Part shown: piece after piece, positions 1 to 8,162 of the stretch
How the letters are laid out: the number at the start of each line of letters is the position of its first letter
Position numbering within the stretch: position 1 is the first letter of the stretch
Source of the DNA: a virus
Lineage: Duplodnaviria; Heunggongvirae; Uroviricota; Caudoviricetes
Length of the DNA: 18,447 bases
Strand: one strand, 5' to 3'
IMG/VR virus record: IMGVR_UViG_2778261463_000012
Coordinates: 1 to 18,447 of that record
The notes under the pieces: generated by a model
Told to the model about the DNA's origin: nothing
Databases searched by the model: none
What the model saw: only the letters and a program-made list of their open reading frames with translations
Program-made: the position numbers and the translations under genes

Positions 1-20
1 CCATTTGATCATATGACAAG

Positions 21-587
21 ATGTGTATCCACCTTAACTTAATGATTTTTACCAAAATCATTAGGGGATTCATCAGTGCCGAGGCCGTACAGCGACTTAA
101 TGATGGTGAATATGATTATCCATGCTGGCACGGTTTAAGAATCATGCAATGTATTGCGGAAGCCGATGATGCCGGATTGCTGGGAAGATTTTCAGTCGAT
201 CTGAAGGTTGCCCAGTGGCGCTGGCTGTATGTGGCGACGTTTATCAGTGAAGAGGAAGACAAGAACGGTACCATTGATATCCCTAACGATAACGGAACTA
301 CAGATCGCGCAGTTATTTATAAGGGGAAGCATGGTTGCCTGAGTATATACCCAGGACCACTTCGCATTGCCCTGCAAAACCATGTCGAATGGGGATTTAT
401 TGAAAAATATGGCGAAGCTGAAGGCATGGGGCGAGTTCTGTTTCTCTATCAAAAAATGCTCATCGCAGATCCTGATAATGGTTTCATTGTCTCTGCTATG
501 GGACGAGAAGGGCTTGAACTCCTTCTGGATGAAATGACTCACGATCTGAATACTCATGGTATACCAGAAGCACCAGTGACACATTAA
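21..587 (+). CDS. hypothetical protein (188 aa)
   Basis: Complete ORF; in-frame TGA at 6-8 upstream so the gene lies within the window. First gene of a co-directional cluster. No motif I can assign. Confidence 0.4.
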   Translation: MCIHLNLMIFTKIIRGFISAEAVQRLNDGEYDYPCWHGLRIMQCIAEADDAGLLGRFSVDLKVAQWRWLYVATFISEEEDKNGTIDIPNDNGTTDRAVIYKGKHGCLSIYPGPLRIALQNHVEWGFIEKYGEAEGMGRVLFLYQKMLIADPDNGFIVSAMGREGLELLLDEMTHDLNTHGIPEAPVTH

Positions 588-596
588 ATATTACAT

Positions 597-875
597 ATGG
601 CAAATCAGAATAAAATTAATGTATTTCAGGTTGAATCAAAACATAAAACACCTGTGATAAAACACGTTCGCCGCCATACACGCATCTATACGCCAGAAGA
701 GTTTATAGCAATGCCAATGATAAAGAAGTTTATTCGTGATAATCCCGATCACATTGCTATAGATAAAAATAATGGAGAAATAATGTTATCACGCGAACTT
801 GCCGAAATTTACTGTAACGTGAATAACAGTAAAAAGTTGAAAAAGGCAATCAGAAAGATATCAGGAGGAGCATGA
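597..875 (+). CDS. hypothetical small basic protein (92 aa)
   Basis: ORF 10 nt after the preceding stop; its stop overlaps the next start (ATGA at 872-875), suggesting translational coupling. No recognisable motif. Confidence 0.4.
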   Translation: MANQNKINVFQVESKHKTPVIKHVRRHTRIYTPEEFIAMPMIKKFIRDNPDHIAIDKNNGEIMLSRELAEIYCNVNNSKKLKKAIRKISGGA

Positions 876-1060
876 ATATTTATTTCAGAATAGTTATATC
901 ACTGGCAATTATCGCATGCATTTACGGATTACTCGTCCCGTTTCTGATATCAATGAAGGATACGGTAGCGGTAATTTCTGGCTTTGCACTGGCGTTTCTG
1001 ACCCCGCCATGCATTTATGCCATTTATAAGGGGCTTTCTTTCACTAAGGATAAAAGATGA
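872..1060 (+). CDS. small membrane protein, two predicted TM helices (62 aa)
   Basis: AGGAGG at 863-868 precedes ATG 872. Two hydrophobic stretches (IVISLAIIACIYGLLVPFLI and VISGFALAFLTPPCIYAIY). Stop overlaps the start of the SPFH gene (ATGA at 1057-1060). Confidence 0.55.
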   Translation: MNIYFRIVISLAIIACIYGLLVPFLISMKDTVAVISGFALAFLTPPCIYAIYKGLSFTKDKR

Positions 1061-1884
1061 AAAAAATTATTTTTTCTTTAGCCATTGTTCTGCCTGCCAT
1101 TGGCCTTGTCGGTTGTGATCGTGTTGAGCCTGGTAATGTGGGCATCAAAGTCAACAAACTTGGCGACGATAAAGGCGTAGGTGAAGTGGTCGGTGTTGGT
1201 CGCTACTGGACAGGCTGGAACACTGAAGTTTATATCTTCCCGACCTTTAAGCAGATGAAGACCTACGATGATCCATTCAGTTTCCAGATGAGCGATGGAA
1301 CAACCATTGGTTACCACATCGGAGTAGCCTACAAGGTTGATCCATCCAAAGTTACCACGGTGTTTCAAACCTACCGCAAAGGTGTGGATGACATTACCGA
1401 CACCGACCTGCGCCAGAAGATAGCAGATGCACTAAATCGGCTGGCCAGCAAAATGACCACTGATAAATTTATCGACGGTGGTAAATCTGAACTACTGGAT
1501 TCAGCTCTAAAAGATATTCAGGCAGAAATGACGCCCATCGGTATTCAGGTAATGAGCCTGTCTTATGTAGGTAAGCCGGAATACCCGTCAACTGTTATTG
1601 ACAGCATTAACGCTAAAGTCACGGCAAATCAGAAAACTCTTCAACGTGAGCAGGAAGTAAAACAGCGCGAAGCGGAAGCCAACATGTTGCGCGCGGAAGC
1701 TGCCGGACAGGCTGATGCGATTCGCACAAAAGCCCAGGCCGAAGCCGATGCTATTCGTTTACGCGGCGAAGCTCTGCGCCAGAACCCCGGTGTTATGGAG
1801 CTGGAAGCCATCAATAAATGGAACGGCACACTGCCGCAATACATGACCAACGGTGCCAGTACACCATTTATCCAGGTTAAATAA
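1057..1884 (+). CDS. SPFH/band-7 (prohibitin/HflC-like) family lipoprotein
   Basis: N-terminal signal peptide with lipobox (LVGC); central SPFH-like region; Ala/Glu/Arg/Gln-rich coiled-coil C-terminal segment (REQEVKQREAEANMLRAEAAGQADAIRTKAQAEADAIRLRGEAL) typical of band-7 proteins. AAGGA at 1046-1050. Confidence 0.8.
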   Translation: MKKIIFSLAIVLPAIGLVGCDRVEPGNVGIKVNKLGDDKGVGEVVGVGRYWTGWNTEVYIFPTFKQMKTYDDPFSFQMSDGTTIGYHIGVAYKVDPSKVTTVFQTYRKGVDDITDTDLRQKIADALNRLASKMTTDKFIDGGKSELLDSALKDIQAEMTPIGIQVMSLSYVGKPEYPSTVIDSINAKVTANQKTLQREQEVKQREAEANMLRAEAAGQADAIRTKAQAEADAIRLRGEALRQNPGVMELEAINKWNGTLPQYMTNGASTPFIQVK

Positions 1885-1923
1885 CTTATATGCCCGGCAA
1901 GCCGCCGGGCTAAGGGAAAGCAG

Positions 1924-2283
1924 ATGAACACTCATAATACTCAACCGAAAATAATGAACTATGACCCGAATCTGACGTCGTGCGGACGCATGGCAAAACA
2001 AACCGTTCGATTAACTTTCGGACTATGGGAATACCGCGAAACATTCGAAGTCACTGTCGGTGGCAACCTGACCGGACTCGATGTTATCAGTTGCGCTATT
2101 GAAAGCCTGTACGCAACGCTGCCTTATGAAGAAGTCGAGGATGAGCGCGATATCATAGCCACCATTAATATCGGCGGACTGGAATGCAAGGATGAAGACC
2201 TGCAGGGAGAACTCTGGCTTGCCGAGATGCTTGTATCCGCAGAAATAATCAGCATTGAGCCTGACACAGGCATACAACTCTGA
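1924..2283 (+). CDS. hypothetical acidic protein (119 aa)
   Basis: ORF co-directional with the cluster; no recognisable motif. Confidence 0.4.
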   Translation: MNTHNTQPKIMNYDPNLTSCGRMAKQTVRLTFGLWEYRETFEVTVGGNLTGLDVISCAIESLYATLPYEEVEDERDIIATINIGGLECKDEDLQGELWLAEMLVSAEIISIEPDTGIQL

Positions 2284-2313
2284 AATTCCATAAATTCAGG
2301 GAGCAATAGAAAA

Positions 2314-2556
2314 ATGTTCGCTTTGATTAATCAGGGGCAGCTATACACCGACAGTTCCGGTTACCCAATAAAAATTATTCGCTGCATAAACAGCACTGTG
2401 TTGTACAGAAGAATGGATGGGTTAACACAGTCGGTAAAAATAAACGATTTTAATGAACTGTTTGAACGGATCGATCACCAGGAATACCGACAAATTCTGG
2501 CAGAAACAGAGCAGGAAGCTCATCTGAAAAAATTACGAGCCATGAAAAGGAAGTAA
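2314..2556 (+). CDS. hypothetical protein (80 aa)
   Basis: ORF co-directional with the cluster; no recognisable motif. Confidence 0.35.
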   Translation: MFALINQGQLYTDSSGYPIKIIRCINSTVLYRRMDGLTQSVKINDFNELFERIDHQEYRQILAETEQEAHLKKLRAMKRK

Positions 2557-2712
2557 AGAATGAATAAAGCATTTGAACGATGAGTGCGCCAGCGTTATGG
2601 CAATCGCTATGACCTGACGAGAGATCTCGAAGGCTACTACTGCCGTGAAGTAGTGAAACGAATGTTTGAGGTGTGGTGTCACTGCCGCGGATAAAAGTTT
2701 TGTGAGGTAACT

Positions 2713-2928
2713 ATGTCTCTCAACATTGACTGTGTACCTATTACGACATGGTGTCGTGATATGGGAGAAACTCTGGATGCCGTTAACAAACGGTTACAAC
2801 GTGGAGTATGGGAGGAAGGGGTTCAGGTTTTAAATGTGGAAGGCTCCAAAGAACGATGGATTGATTTAACTGAGGTTTCAAAATGGGCGAGAAAAAACAA
2901 ATATCCTTATCACTCCCAAGAGGAATAA
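2713..2928 (+). CDS. putative excisionase-like small DNA-binding protein (71 aa)
   Basis: Small ORF immediately upstream of, and overlapping by 46 nt, a tyrosine integrase gene (classic xis-int arrangement). GAGGT precedes ATG 2713. Assignment is by context and size only. Confidence 0.4.
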   Translation: MSLNIDCVPITTWCRDMGETLDAVNKRLQRGVWEEGVQVLNVEGSKERWIDLTEVSKWARKNKYPYHSQEE

Positions 2929-4055
2929 CAATTCGTCAATACAAGAATTGCTCTACATTAGTTGTGACCTTCACCTATAAAGGGGTTCTTTGCAGGGAAC
3001 CCTTATCAAGGCTGGAAGTTAACGCAAAGGGGATTAAGTATGCTGAACGACTGCTCGGAGAAATAAAAAACAAAATTAGTGATGGCTCATTCGATTTTTC
3101 AGAGTACTTTCCAAACTCCAAGAAGCTTATATTATTTGGAATGGTAAAGAGGAATAAAAGTGTGAAAGATTACCTAGATGAATATTTAGAAATTTGCAAA
3201 AACAGAAAGTTATCCCCTTCAACAATAAATGGATATGAAAAATGTGTATCTGCATTATCGGAACTACATAACTTACATGTTATTGACCTGACTCCAGCAA
3301 TTTTAAAGAAATGGATTTCAAGAAGAACAACAAAACTGAAGACCATCAGAAACAATTTATCATTTTTAAGAAGCGCAGTAGATGAGGCTGTCACTGACGG
3401 ACTTATAACAATAAACCCTGTAAAACTAGTTAGTGCAAGTAGATACCATGCTGTTAACCATACAACCAATTCTGCCGAATATGAAGTAGACCCCTTTACG
3501 CCAGCAGAAGCAGCCGCTATCTACAACGCCTGTATCTATGAGGAATGGCGAAACCTTTTTTGTTTCGCATTCAATACAGGCCTTCGAAGCTCAGAATTAT
3601 GTGCATTACGTTGGTCTGATATTGATTTTATTGGTCATACCGTTCATGTACAGGTTGCTTCTGTCGTTGGTGTGATAAAAGGAACAAAAACAAAAGCTGG
3701 TACAAGAAAAGTTGAATTAAACAGTGAAGCCCTAATGGCATTACAGTCACAGAAATCATTTACGATGATGAGAAGTGCTTTTGTATTCAGTGACCCAAAG
3801 ACACGCAAACCGTGGGCTAATTCAGCAGCGATTCGTAAGAAAGCCTGGATCCCGACTCTTAAAAAAGCTGGTGTTCGTTACCGTAATCCATATCAGACCA
3901 GACATACATTCGCTACACGACATATCAGCCAGGGGGCAAATTTATTCTGGCTTGCAGGCCAAATGGGGCACAAAGGACCCGAAATGCTTTTTAGACACTA
4001 TGGTTCATATTTATCAGAATATGATGGTAATACAGCAATCTCAGAAGTAATCTAG
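2883..4055 (+). CDS. tyrosine recombinase / integrase (390 aa), AT-rich
   Basis: C-terminal catalytic region with the conserved box II pattern (RHTFATRHISQGANLFWLAGQMGHKGPEMLFRHYGSY; HxxR and terminal Tyr). Transcribed toward the ssrA-like att core at 4189-4214. Confidence 0.85.
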   Translation: MGEKKQISLSLPRGITIRQYKNCSTLVVTFTYKGVLCREPLSRLEVNAKGIKYAERLLGEIKNKISDGSFDFSEYFPNSKKLILFGMVKRNKSVKDYLDEYLEICKNRKLSPSTINGYEKCVSALSELHNLHVIDLTPAILKKWISRRTTKLKTIRNNLSFLRSAVDEAVTDGLITINPVKLVSASRYHAVNHTTNSAEYEVDPFTPAEAAAIYNACIYEEWRNLFCFAFNTGLRSSELCALRWSDIDFIGHTVHVQVASVVGVIKGTKTKAGTRKVELNSEALMALQSQKSFTMMRSAFVFSDPKTRKPWANSAAIRKKAWIPTLKKAGVRYRNPYQTRHTFATRHISQGANLFWLAGQMGHKGPEMLFRHYGSYLSEYDGNTAISEVI

Positions 4056-4188
4056 TCGCTTAAATATTTCAAAATATGTACAAAGGTAGGACACAGAATA
4101 GACCTTAACTTACACCTGAAATACATAAAAATATACAGTGAAATATGAAATCATTTGTATTTCATATTGTTATGTAATTTGGGTGTTT

Positions 4189-4214
4189 GGGTTCAACTCC
4201 CGCCAGCTCCACCA
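4189..4214 (+). other. att core: 26-nt copy of the tmRNA (ssrA) 3' end (GGGTTCAACTCCCGCCAGCTCCACCA); not a full tmRNA gene
   Basis: Exact match to the 3'-terminal 26 nt of E. coli tmRNA as I recall it, ending in CCA. The sequence upstream (4060-4188) is AT-rich and unrelated to tmRNA, so this is an attachment-site duplicate. Confidence 0.7.
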
Positions 4215-4250
4215 CTTGCTCTTCCGGATACGTCCGGAGAAATCCTGAAA

Positions 4251-4283
4251 GCCCGCATGGCACAAGCTCTGCGGGCTTTTTTG
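4251..4283 (+). terminator. rho-independent terminator (ssrA-type) downstream of att core
   Basis: Stem GCCCGCA (4251-4257) / TGCGGGC (4271-4277) followed by TTTTTT (4278-4283). Confidence 0.6.
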
Positions 4284-4326
4284 TGTCTACTGTTGTCCGA
4301 GGATATCCAGCTAAATCCAGTGATTA

Positions 4327-4378
4327 TTGGTATACGTTTAGGTATACGGTAGGATGTATACCTAAACGCGTATACCAA
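4327..4378. promoter_or_regulatory. imperfect inverted repeat of GGTATACG-containing arms immediately upstream of int; candidate Int-binding/operator site
   Basis: Left arm TTGGTATACGTTTAGGTATACG (4327-4348) and right arm GTATACCTAAACGCGTATACCAA (4356-4378) are near-perfect reverse complements. A single copy of the arm recurs at 12578-12599 near the other end of the element. Confidence 0.4.
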
Positions 4379-4398
4379 TTCATGAAGGAGCGGCCAAA

Positions 4399-5598
4399 TT
4401 GGCAAGAACGACACGCCCCCTGACCAACACAGAAGTACTGCGCGCTAAAGCGTTAGAAAAGGATCTAACGTTGCATGATGGCGATGGTCTTTTTCTACTC
4501 GTTAAAACGAACGGTAAGAAGTTATGGCGTTTCCGTTATCAACGTCCGGCAACAAAGCAGCGGACAATGATGGGGCTAGGTACCTTCCCAGCTCTTTCAC
4601 TTGCTGACGCCCGACGGTTAAGAGCGGATTACCTTTCCTTGTTAGCCAACGGAATTGACCCGCAAATTCAAGCTGAAATTGCAGAGGAACAGCAGCAAAT
4701 CGCACAGGACAGTATTTTTACAACGGTCGCCGCTAACTGGTTCCAGCTTAAAAGCAAAAGCGTAACCCCTGATTACGCAAGAGACATTTGGCGCTCATTG
4801 GAGAAAGATGTATTCCCTGCCGTTGGTGAACTCCCAGTTCAGCAAATCAAAGCCCGAACGTTGGTTGAAGCGCTTGAGCCAGTCAAAGCTCGTGGGGCGC
4901 TAGAGACTGTACGTCGGCTAGTGCAACGCATTAACGAGATAATGATCTTTGCCGTAAATACAGGGCTGATCGATGCCAATCCAGCTTCCGGGGTTGGAAT
5001 GGCCTTTGAGAAGCCAAAAAAGCAAAACATGCCAACACTACGACCAGAAGAACTACCAAATCTAATGCGTTCTTTAGCCATGTCTAATTTATCTGTATCG
5101 ACTCGCTGCCTTATCGAATGGCAGCTTCTAACACTTGTACGCCCTTCTGAAGCCTCTGGTACTCAATGGGCAGAGATCGATCTTGAGAATAAACTCTGGA
5201 CGATCCCTGCAGGACGAATGAAAGCCAAGCGAGAACATATTGTTCCTCTGTCGGTTCGAGCATTAGATATTTTAGAGATAATGAAGCCTATTAGTGCACA
5301 TCGTGAATATGTTTTCCCAAGTAGAAATAATCCTAAGCAACCAATGAATAGTCAGACAGCTAATGCTGCATTAAAAAGAATTGGTTATGGAGGAAAGCTT
5401 GTTGCACATGGTTTGCGTTCTATAGCCAGTACAGCTATGAATGAGGAAGGTTTTAATCCCGATGTTATTGAAGCAGCATTAGCGCATAGCGATAAAAATG
5501 AAGTCCGTAAAGCATATAATCGTTCGACTTACCTTTATCAACGAATTGATTTAATGAATTGGTGGGCTAACTTCGTGTTTAAAAAAACACACGAATAG
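4399..5598 (+). CDS. int: P4-type tyrosine integrase (399 aa, TTG start)
   Basis: AAGGAG at 4385-4390 then TTG 4399. N-terminus MARTTRPLTNTEVLRAKA...DGDGLFLLV and C-terminal HGLRSIASTAMNEEGF...ALAHSDKNEVRKAYNRSTY match the P4/CP4-57 integrase architecture. Sits directly downstream of the ssrA 3'-end att core. Confidence 0.9.
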   Translation: MARTTRPLTNTEVLRAKALEKDLTLHDGDGLFLLVKTNGKKLWRFRYQRPATKQRTMMGLGTFPALSLADARRLRADYLSLLANGIDPQIQAEIAEEQQQIAQDSIFTTVAANWFQLKSKSVTPDYARDIWRSLEKDVFPAVGELPVQQIKARTLVEALEPVKARGALETVRRLVQRINEIMIFAVNTGLIDANPASGVGMAFEKPKKQNMPTLRPEELPNLMRSLAMSNLSVSTRCLIEWQLLTLVRPSEASGTQWAEIDLENKLWTIPAGRMKAKREHIVPLSVRALDILEIMKPISAHREYVFPSRNNPKQPMNSQTANAALKRIGYGGKLVAHGLRSIASTAMNEEGFNPDVIEAALAHSDKNEVRKAYNRSTYLYQRIDLMNWWANFVFKKTHE

Positions 5599-5611
5599 CC
5601 CACATAAAATA

Positions 5612-5634
5612 AGAGGCTGCTCAATGCAGCCATT
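5612..5634. terminator. probable bidirectional terminator between convergent int and cargo operon
   Basis: Hairpin GGCTGC (5615-5620) / GCAGCC (5626-5631), flanked by A-rich sequence upstream and T-rich downstream on the + strand. Confidence 0.4.
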
Positions 5635-6379
5635 ATTTCAATGAATTAATATACGTATTTAATCCTGTTGATTTTATAACTCCCATCACTTCTGGTGATT
5701 TTTTCAAATAAACAACATTAGGCCATGACAGATAAGCAATAATAATACATATTAGTCGAACCATTGCAAAATCAGACAGATTAATGAGAGTTTCAATATA
5801 CATATGTTTATCTTGCTCATCGAAACCATTTTCAGTTATAACTTCATTATCAACAAGTTTAACTGCAAGATAAAACCTTCTTGCAAATGAAAACATCTTA
5901 TCATCAGATTTATCATCTAATGATTCAATTATTTTAATCAAAGCATCTTCAGCAATACCTCTTTGAATACTGGTTTTAATCAGTTGCTCAAGTTTATTTA
6001 CAGCATTAACCTTTTTAACTTCAAAATCACCACTTGGAGATGGAAAAATCAAAGAGAAATCATCAAAAGCACTTTTTTGCGCGTTAATTAAATTATAAAA
6101 TTGAAATTCAAATGACTTCCTTTTATCAAGAAACTCCTGTCTTTTAGTCTCATTAATTAAACATTCATTCGCAGTTAATTGCATTTTAACTGATTTAATT
6201 AGAAGTAATATTGAAATGAAACTCAATATAGGATTAAGAACACCTCCAAAATAATCACCAAACTGTCCCCATATCTCTTTGTTTTCAGAAAGAGTGGTTG
6301 AGCTTCCACCAAATTGATAATAGTATAATCCAAAGACTACTAATATCAAAATAGATGTAACCCAACCTATATACCTCAT
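5633..6379 (-). CDS. membrane-anchored protein of unknown function (248 aa); downstream gene of the two-gene cargo operon
   Basis: Two N-terminal hydrophobic helices (IGWVTSILILVVFGLYYY and VLNPILSFISILLLIKSV) flank a Gly/aromatic-rich motif (WGQFGDYFGG); charged, probably helical C-terminal domain. Start overlaps the stop of the upstream gene (ATGA). GAGGTGG RBS. AT-rich. Confidence 0.65.
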   Translation of the reverse strand: MRYIGWVTSILILVVFGLYYYQFGGSSTTLSENKEIWGQFGDYFGGVLNPILSFISILLLIKSVKMQLTANECLINETKRQEFLDKRKSFEFQFYNLINAQKSAFDDFSLIFPSPSGDFEVKKVNAVNKLEQLIKTSIQRGIAEDALIKIIESLDDKSDDKMFSFARRFYLAVKLVDNEVITENGFDEQDKHMYIETLINLSDFAMVRLICIIIAYLSWPNVVYLKKSPEVMGVIKSTGLNTYINSLK

Positions 6380-7197
6380 ACCCCATCCACCTCAATAATT
6401 AAGTATTTCACTACCTCACCATTACTGATGGTTAAATCTCTAACTTTTAATAACAAATACTCTCGCTCTTCTTCTGCCAGTCTATTGTTAGCATCTAGAT
6501 TACTCGTTATTTTCTTGGTCTGGGCATCAGTAACGTATTTTAGACCATTCAAAAAACCAAAAGAAGTCGTTTTTTCTTCCCCCCTGACTAACAGTCTACC
6601 ATTTCCAGTAAAAGTATTAAACCTAGTAACTATAGCTTCTATCTGATGATCATGATTAGTTTCAATTAGCTCAGTTATATTCAAAGCGGTATTTTTGTTT
6701 AAAGTAATTATCTTTTGCTTCTCACCCGGCTTTCTATAATTCAAATCAACTGAATAGTTGCACATGGTGGAAATTTTATGCATATTTTTAAGTCTATTTC
6801 GAATAGCTTTAGTCAACTCATCTTCAATATCGTCTAATCCGGAAACCACTTTTTTTGCAGCGTCACTCAATGCCGGACCTTCTAAAAAAAGAGACTCATA
6901 AATATAATAACTCATAACTTCTGCAAATACAGTGCGAGTCATACTTGAAAGACGCGCTGCAACTTTTCTATCTGATATAACAACATCAAATCGCTGACCA
7001 AAAGAGCCTGTAAAAGAATGCTTAAGGTTTGTTCTTATTTCATTAGATTGATGTCTGTTTTCTTTAACTTTACCTCGAAGTATTGCCTCTGTAATAATAC
7101 TGGTAACTCCAGATGCACCCAATAGTGTCTGGAGAGCATAATCCATATCTATTTCATCGTCGCCGCTATTGATAACCAAATCAAGACTAACTTTCAT
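6376..7197 (-). CDS. protein of unknown function (about 273 aa); upstream gene of the two-gene cargo operon
   Basis: ORF track gives 6376-7245, but GGGGAAA precedes the ATG at 7197 (MKVSLDLV...), which I prefer as the start. Soluble; no Walker or other catalytic motif I can assign. AT-rich, unlike the P4 backbone. Confidence 0.6.
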   Translation of the reverse strand: MKVSLDLVINSGDDEIDMDYALQTLLGASGVTSIITEAILRGKVKENRHQSNEIRTNLKHSFTGSFGQRFDVVISDRKVAARLSSMTRTVFAEVMSYYIYESLFLEGPALSDAAKKVVSGLDDIEDELTKAIRNRLKNMHKISTMCNYSVDLNYRKPGEKQKIITLNKNTALNITELIETNHDHQIEAIVTRFNTFTGNGRLLVRGEEKTTSFGFLNGLKYVTDAQTKKITSNLDANNRLAEEEREYLLLKVRDLTISNGEVVKYLIIEVDGV

Positions 7198-7333
7198 TAT
7201 TTCCCCACGAATTGATAAAAATCTGCTCAATGAATAAAAGTCCATATTTTTATACAGTAATCAAACTTCCAATGTCTAAAATATGCAAACACATTAAACT
7301 AAATTTATGATAGTGATCAACATATTGCGCGCA

Positions 7334-7352
7334 GTGCTTTCCCCGCCTCGCC
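7334..7352 (-). other. P2/P4-type cos site (19-nt cohesive-end sequence)
   Basis: + strand reads GTGCTTTCCCCGCCTCGCC, the reverse complement of the P2/P4 cohesive end GGCGAGGCGGGGAAAGCAC as I recall it. Located just beyond the 3' end of psu, as in P4. Confidence 0.65.
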
Positions 7353-7455
7353 CGCCCGCTTTGTGGGGCGGTTTTAATGCAGTTGTACTGACACGCTCAG
7401 ACTGCGCCGGGAATGGCGCGGTCTGCAGAAAATGAGGCAGGGAAACGCATGCAAA

Positions 7456-7486
7456 GCCATGCACCTTATCGATGCATGGCTTTTTT
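7456..7486 (+). terminator. rho-independent terminator-like hairpin between cos and psu
   Basis: Stem GCCATGCA (7456-7463) / TGCATGGC (7473-7480), loop of 9 nt, then TTTTTT (7481-7486). The reverse strand has only a short T-run. Confidence 0.45.
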
Positions 7487-7516
7487 CAGTAAAAACGGGC
7501 GGATTTTCGGGGAATT

Positions 7517-8089
7517 TTACACAGACTGACGTGATGCCAGTTGCGCACTTTTACGCGAAAAAATCATGTTCTGCGCAGGGGTGAATTTTTCACGGCTGTC
7601 ATCCACCGAAGCCGCGTCAGGCCTGAATCCGATGGTCGTTAAAATGTCGCTATCCTGTGCGGAATAATTAATTTTTTCCCCCTTCGCAAGCCAGGACAGA
7701 AGGGCTTCACGCAGGGCATCTGTGGCACGCTGTATGGCACAGTTTCGGGCAATGGCCGTCAGCTCACTGTAGCCCATCAGCTCCGGTGCCAGTGCGGCCG
7801 CCAGTGCTGTGCCGTGCTGCTGCATAAAATCATTCAGCCGGTCGCGGATGCTGATGTGCTGAACGGCTTCATGCGAACGAATATAACGACCGGCAGCCTG
7901 ATTCACCTGCCATTTTCTGACTTCGATAATATTGCGTAATTCGTCCAGGCGACTGACGTTTCTGCCTTCCCCGGACAGAAGCCGCAGATATTCCTGTTCG
8001 GCCGCAGCCAGCTCATTTTTGCGTTGCAGCCATGCTGCTTTGTTATTCTGACAGGTGTCAAAGGCCTGCTGTAAGGCTGTGCTTTCCAT
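7517..8089 (-). CDS. psu: Psu, polarity suppression / capsid decoration protein (190 aa)
   Basis: 190-aa protein (MESTALQQAFDTCQNNKAAWLQRKNELAAAEQEY...) of P4 Psu length and sequence character, in the conserved position after delta in the sid-delta-psu block and adjacent to cos. Confidence 0.85.
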   Translation of the reverse strand: MESTALQQAFDTCQNNKAAWLQRKNELAAAEQEYLRLLSGEGRNVSRLDELRNIIEVRKWQVNQAAGRYIRSHEAVQHISIRDRLNDFMQQHGTALAAALAPELMGYSELTAIARNCAIQRATDALREALLSWLAKGEKINYSAQDSDILTTIGFRPDAASVDDSREKFTPAQNMIFSRKSAQLASRQSV

Positions 8090-8162
8090 CGTTATCTCTT
8101 TCTCATCATGCTGAAGAATAAAAATACGGTGTGCGGCGACGGCCGGTGTTAACCGGCAGCCC

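Noticed and set aside
2562-2700. Short interrupted frame (MNKAFER, stop, then VRQRYGNRYDLTRDLEGYYCREVVKRMFEVWCHCRG)
   Set aside because: Too short, with an in-frame stop after 7 codons; could be a gene remnant or a small peptide, but there is no support beyond an open frame.
4189-4214. Intact tmRNA or tRNA gene
   Set aside because: Only the terminal 26 nt match tmRNA; the upstream 120 bp are AT-rich and unrelated to tmRNA. The same holds for the degenerate copy at 12653-12674. These are att-site duplicates, not RNA genes.
192-5081. Shorter ORFs overlapping annotated genes (192-584, 1078-1368, 1641-1931, 1759-2001, 2023-2277, 2124-2306, 3170-3469, 3775-4050, 4155-4352, 4187-4423, 4193-4414, 4502-4705, 4839-5081)
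   Set aside because: Each is nested in or antisense to a better-supported gene, or spans the att core and terminator; no independent support.
6376-7197. Nucleotidyltransferase (CD-NTase/SMODS-like) assignment for the upstream cargo protein
   Set aside because: A GS dipeptide followed by Asp residues exists (TGSFGQRFDVVISD) but lacks the canonical acidic h[DE]h[DE] pattern; too weak to call without a profile or structure search.
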